From a virus (lineage: Duplodnaviria; Heunggongvirae; Uroviricota; Caudoviricetes), in the IMG/VR virus record IMGVR_UViG_2541047882_000008: 20,259 bases of DNA. One strand, given 5' to 3'. Of the stretch, positions 17,794-20,259 are shown in pieces (the first letter of the stretch is position 1; the number at the start of each line of letters is the position of its first letter). Under the pieces are notes generated by a model. The model ran no database searches. It worked only from the letters and a program-made list of their open reading frames with translations, and had not been told where the DNA came from. The position numbers were made by a program, and so were the translations under genes.

Positions 17794-18841
17794 GCGCCGG
17801 GATTTACCCCCTAACCTTTATATAAGAAACAATGGATATTACTGCTACAGGGACCCAAGGACGGGTAAAGAGTTTGGATTAGGCCGAGACAGGCGAATCG
17901 CAATCACTGAAGCTATACAGGCCAACATTGAGTTATTTTCAGGACACAAACACAAGCCTCTGACAGCGAGAATCAACAGTGATAATTCCGTTACGTTACA
18001 TTCATGGCTTGATCGCTACGAAAAAATCCTGGCCAGCAGAGGAATCAAGCAGAAGACACTCATAAATTACATGAGCAAAATTAAAGCAATAAGGAGGGGT
18101 CTGCCTGATGCTCCACTTGAAGACATCACCACAAAAGAAATTGCGGCAATGCTCAATGGATACATAGACGAGGGAAAGGCGGCATCAGCCAAGTTAATCA
18201 GATCAACACTGAGCGATGCATTCCGAGAGGCTATGGCTGAAGGCCATATAACAACAAACCCGGTCGCAGCCACTCGCGCTGCAAAATCAGAGGTAAGGAG
18301 ATCAAGACTTACGGCTGACGAATACCTGAAAATTTATCAAGCAGCAGAATCATCACCATGTTGGCTTAGACTTGCAATGGAACTGGCTGTTGTTACCGGG
18401 CAGCGAGTTGGTGATTTATGCGAAATGAAGTGGTCTGATATCGTAGATGGATATCTTTATGTCGAGCAAAGCAAAACAGGCGTAAAAATTGCCATCCCAA
18501 CAACATTGCATGTTGATGCTCTCGGGATATCAATGAAGGAAACACTTGATAAATGCAAAAAGATTCTTGGCGGAGAAACCATAATTGCATCTACTCGTCG
18601 TGAACCGCTTTCATCCGGCACAGTATCAAGGTATTTTATGCGCGCACGAAAAGCATCAGGTCTCTCCTTCGAAGGGGATCCGCCAACCTTTCACGAGTTG
18701 CGCAGTTTGTCTGCAAGACTCTATGAGAAGCAGATAAGCGATAAATTTGCTCAACATCTTCTCGGGCATAAGTCGGACACCATGGCATCACAGTATCGTG
18801 ATGACAGAGGCAGGGAGTGGGACAAAATTGAAATCAAATAA
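17771..18841 (+). CDS. int: Tyrosine integrase Int (356 aa), essentially lambda Int
   Basis: Translation MGRRRSHERRDLPPNLYIRNNGYYCYRDPRTGKEFGLGRDRRIAITEAIQANIELFSGHKHKPL... through ...HLLGHKSDTMASQYRDDRGREWDKIEIK matches lambda Int from memory, including catalytic R-K-H-R-H-Y region. Confidence 0.95.
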   Translation: MGRRRSHERRDLPPNLYIRNNGYYCYRDPRTGKEFGLGRDRRIAITEAIQANIELFSGHKHKPLTARINSDNSVTLHSWLDRYEKILASRGIKQKTLINYMSKIKAIRRGLPDAPLEDITTKEIAAMLNGYIDEGKAASAKLIRSTLSDAFREAMAEGHITTNPVAATRAAKSEVRRSRLTADEYLKIYQAAESSPCWLRLAMELAVVTGQRVGDLCEMKWSDIVDGYLYVEQSKTGVKIAIPTTLHVDALGISMKETLDKCKKILGGETIIASTRREPLSSGTVSRYFMRARKASGLSFEGDPPTFHELRSLSARLYEKQISDKFAQHLLGHKSDTMASQYRDDRGREWDKIEIK

Positions 18842-18940
18842 TGATTTTATTTTGACTGATAGTGACCTGTTCGTTGCAACAAATTGATAAGCAATGCTTT
18901 TTTATAATGCCAACTTAGTATAAAAAAGCAGGCTTCAACG
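18842..18940. other. attL (B-O-P'): lambda P' arm with Int arm-type/IHF sites, 15-bp core TTAGTATAAAAAAGC at 18915-18929, then bacterial B arm
   Basis: Sequence 18842-18914 is the reverse complement of the lambda attP P' arm as I recall it; core followed by AGGCT matches the attB side. Confidence 0.85.
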
Positions 18941-18975
18941 GATTCATTTTTCTATTTCATAGCCCGGAGCAACCT

Positions 18976-20259
18976 GTGAACACATTTTCAGTTTCCCGTC
19001 TGGCGCTGGCATTGGCTTTTGGCGTGACGCTGACCGCCTGTAGCTCAACCCCGCCCGATCAACGTCCTTCTGATCAAACCGCGCCTGGTACCTCTTCTCG
19101 CCCGATTCTGTCGGCAAAAGAAGCGCAGAATTTCGATGCTCAACACTATTTTGCATCCCTGACACCAGGTGCTGCAGCGTGGAATCCTTCCCCGATTACC
19201 CTGCCTGCGCAACCTGACTTTGTTGTCGGCCCGGCGGGCACTCAAGGTGTAACGCATACCACGATTCAGGCGGCGGTAGATGCGGCAATTATCAAGCGTA
19301 CCAACAAGCGCCAGTATATTGCCGTGATGCCTGGTGAGTATCAGGGAACGGTATATGTCCCTGCCGCTCCGGGTGGAATTACTCTGTACGGTACAGGTGA
19401 AAAACCGATTGATGTGAAGATTGGGCTTTCCCTTGATGGTGGCATGAGCCCTGCCGACTGGCGTCACGACGTCAACCCGCGCGGCAAATATATGCCAGGT
19501 AAACCAGCGTGGTATATGTACGATAGCTGCCAGAGCAAACGCAGCGACAGTATCGGTGTTCTCTGCTCTGCGGTCTTCTGGTCACAAAACAATGGCCTGC
19601 AACTGCAAAATCTGACCATCGAAAACACGCTGGGCGATAGCGTAGATGCAGGTAACCATCCGGCGGTGGCACTGCGTACTGATGGTGACCAGGTACAGAT
19701 TAACAACGTTAACATTCTCGGTCGTCAGAACACCTTCTTTGTCACCAACAGCGGTGTGCAGAACCGTCTGGAAACGAATCGTCAGCCGCGTACGCTGGTG
19801 ACCAACAGCTACATTGAAGGGGATGTGGATATCGTTTCTGGTCGCGGCGCAGTGGTGTTCGATAACACCGAATTCCGCGTGGTGAACTCACGTACTCAGC
19901 AAGAAGCGTATGTGTTTGCACCGGCTACGCTGTCCAACATTTACTACGGTTTCCTCGCCGTAAACAGCCGTTTCAATGCTTTCGGTGATGGTGTGGCGCA
20001 ACTGGGCCGCTCGCTGGATGTTGATGCCAATACCAACGGTCAGGTGGTGATCCGTGATAGCGCCATCAACGAAGGTTTTAACACGGCTAAACCGTGGGCC
20101 GATGCGGTGATCTCTAATCGTCCGTTTGCGGGTAATACCGGCAGCGTAGATGATAACGACGAAATACAGCGCAATCTGAATGACACTAACTACAACCGCA
20201 TGTGGGAATACAATAACCGCGGCGTGGGTAGTAAAGTGGTTGCAGAGGCGAAGAAGTAA
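18976..20259 (+). CDS. ybhC: Host lipoprotein YbhC (pectinesterase-like / acyl-CoA thioesterase family, 427 aa), the gene flanking attB-lambda
   Basis: Signal peptide with lipobox LTAC; full-length ORF matching E. coli YbhC; higher GC and host-like codon usage. Confidence 0.9.
   Translation: MNTFSVSRLALALAFGVTLTACSSTPPDQRPSDQTAPGTSSRPILSAKEAQNFDAQHYFASLTPGAAAWNPSPITLPAQPDFVVGPAGTQGVTHTTIQAAVDAAIIKRTNKRQYIAVMPGEYQGTVYVPAAPGGITLYGTGEKPIDVKIGLSLDGGMSPADWRHDVNPRGKYMPGKPAWYMYDSCQSKRSDSIGVLCSAVFWSQNNGLQLQNLTIENTLGDSVDAGNHPAVALRTDGDQVQINNVNILGRQNTFFVTNSGVQNRLETNRQPRTLVTNSYIEGDVDIVSGRGAVVFDNTEFRVVNSRTQQEAYVFAPATLSNIYYGFLAVNSRFNAFGDGVAQLGRSLDVDANTNGQVVIRDSAINEGFNTAKPWADAVISNRPFAGNTGSVDDNDEIQRNLNDTNYNRMWEYNNRGVGSKVVAEAKK

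Larger units (their letters stand above)
585..18929. mobile_element. Defective mosaic lambdoid prophage (lambda-type int/xis/exo arm + DLP12/phage-21-type nin-Q-lysis block + lambda-type tail fibre module); right boundary at attL core, left boundary uncertain
   Basis: Contiguous phage gene modules in canonical prophage order relative to attL; immunity region and head/tail genes absent; host ybhC begins immediately right of the att core. Confidence 0.7.

Noticed and set aside
1-20259. CRISPR array or insertion sequence / transposase
   Set aside because: No regularly spaced direct repeats with unique spacers and no transposase-like ORF or terminal inverted repeats were seen. The only tandem repeats are the in-frame coding repeats within stf.

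Overview
The window is the attL-proximal ~19 kb of a defective, mosaic lambdoid prophage sitting at the lambda attachment site beside the host gene ybhC (B-O-P' junction with core TTAGTATAAAAAAGC at 18915-18929). All calls are from reading the sequence and ORF translations against remembered protein families; no searches were run. Right arm (+ strand, transcribed toward attL): a 5'-truncated bet, exo, orf60a, orf63, a TraR-like orf73, an Ea22-like gene broken by an in-frame TGA, AT-rich inserted genes, orf55, xis and int, all very close to phage lambda. Middle (- strand): a DLP12/phage-21-type nin/Q/lysis block (ybcN, ninE, ybcO, rusA, ylcG, Q, pinholin S, SAR endolysin R, Rz/Rz1) with an OmpC-family porin moron on the opposite strand between Q and S, then bor, ybcV, ybcW, ylcI. 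Left (- strand): a lom remnant, a lambda-type side tail fibre gene (stf) whose C-terminal end is out of frame, and tfa. Missing: the immunity/replication region (gam through N, cI, cro, O, P) and all head/tail morphogenesis genes (terminase through J). In the slot where immunity genes belong sits an AT-rich cargo module: a SlyB-like glycine-zipper lipoprotein translationally coupled to a second lipoprotein, with a divergent small membrane protein; this is the best candidate for an undescribed system. Two further AT-rich morons with their own terminators lie between ea22 and xis. The far left carries an orphan 61-nt 3' fragment of a tRNA-Ser(CGA) gene and an AT-rich ORF-poor stretch.
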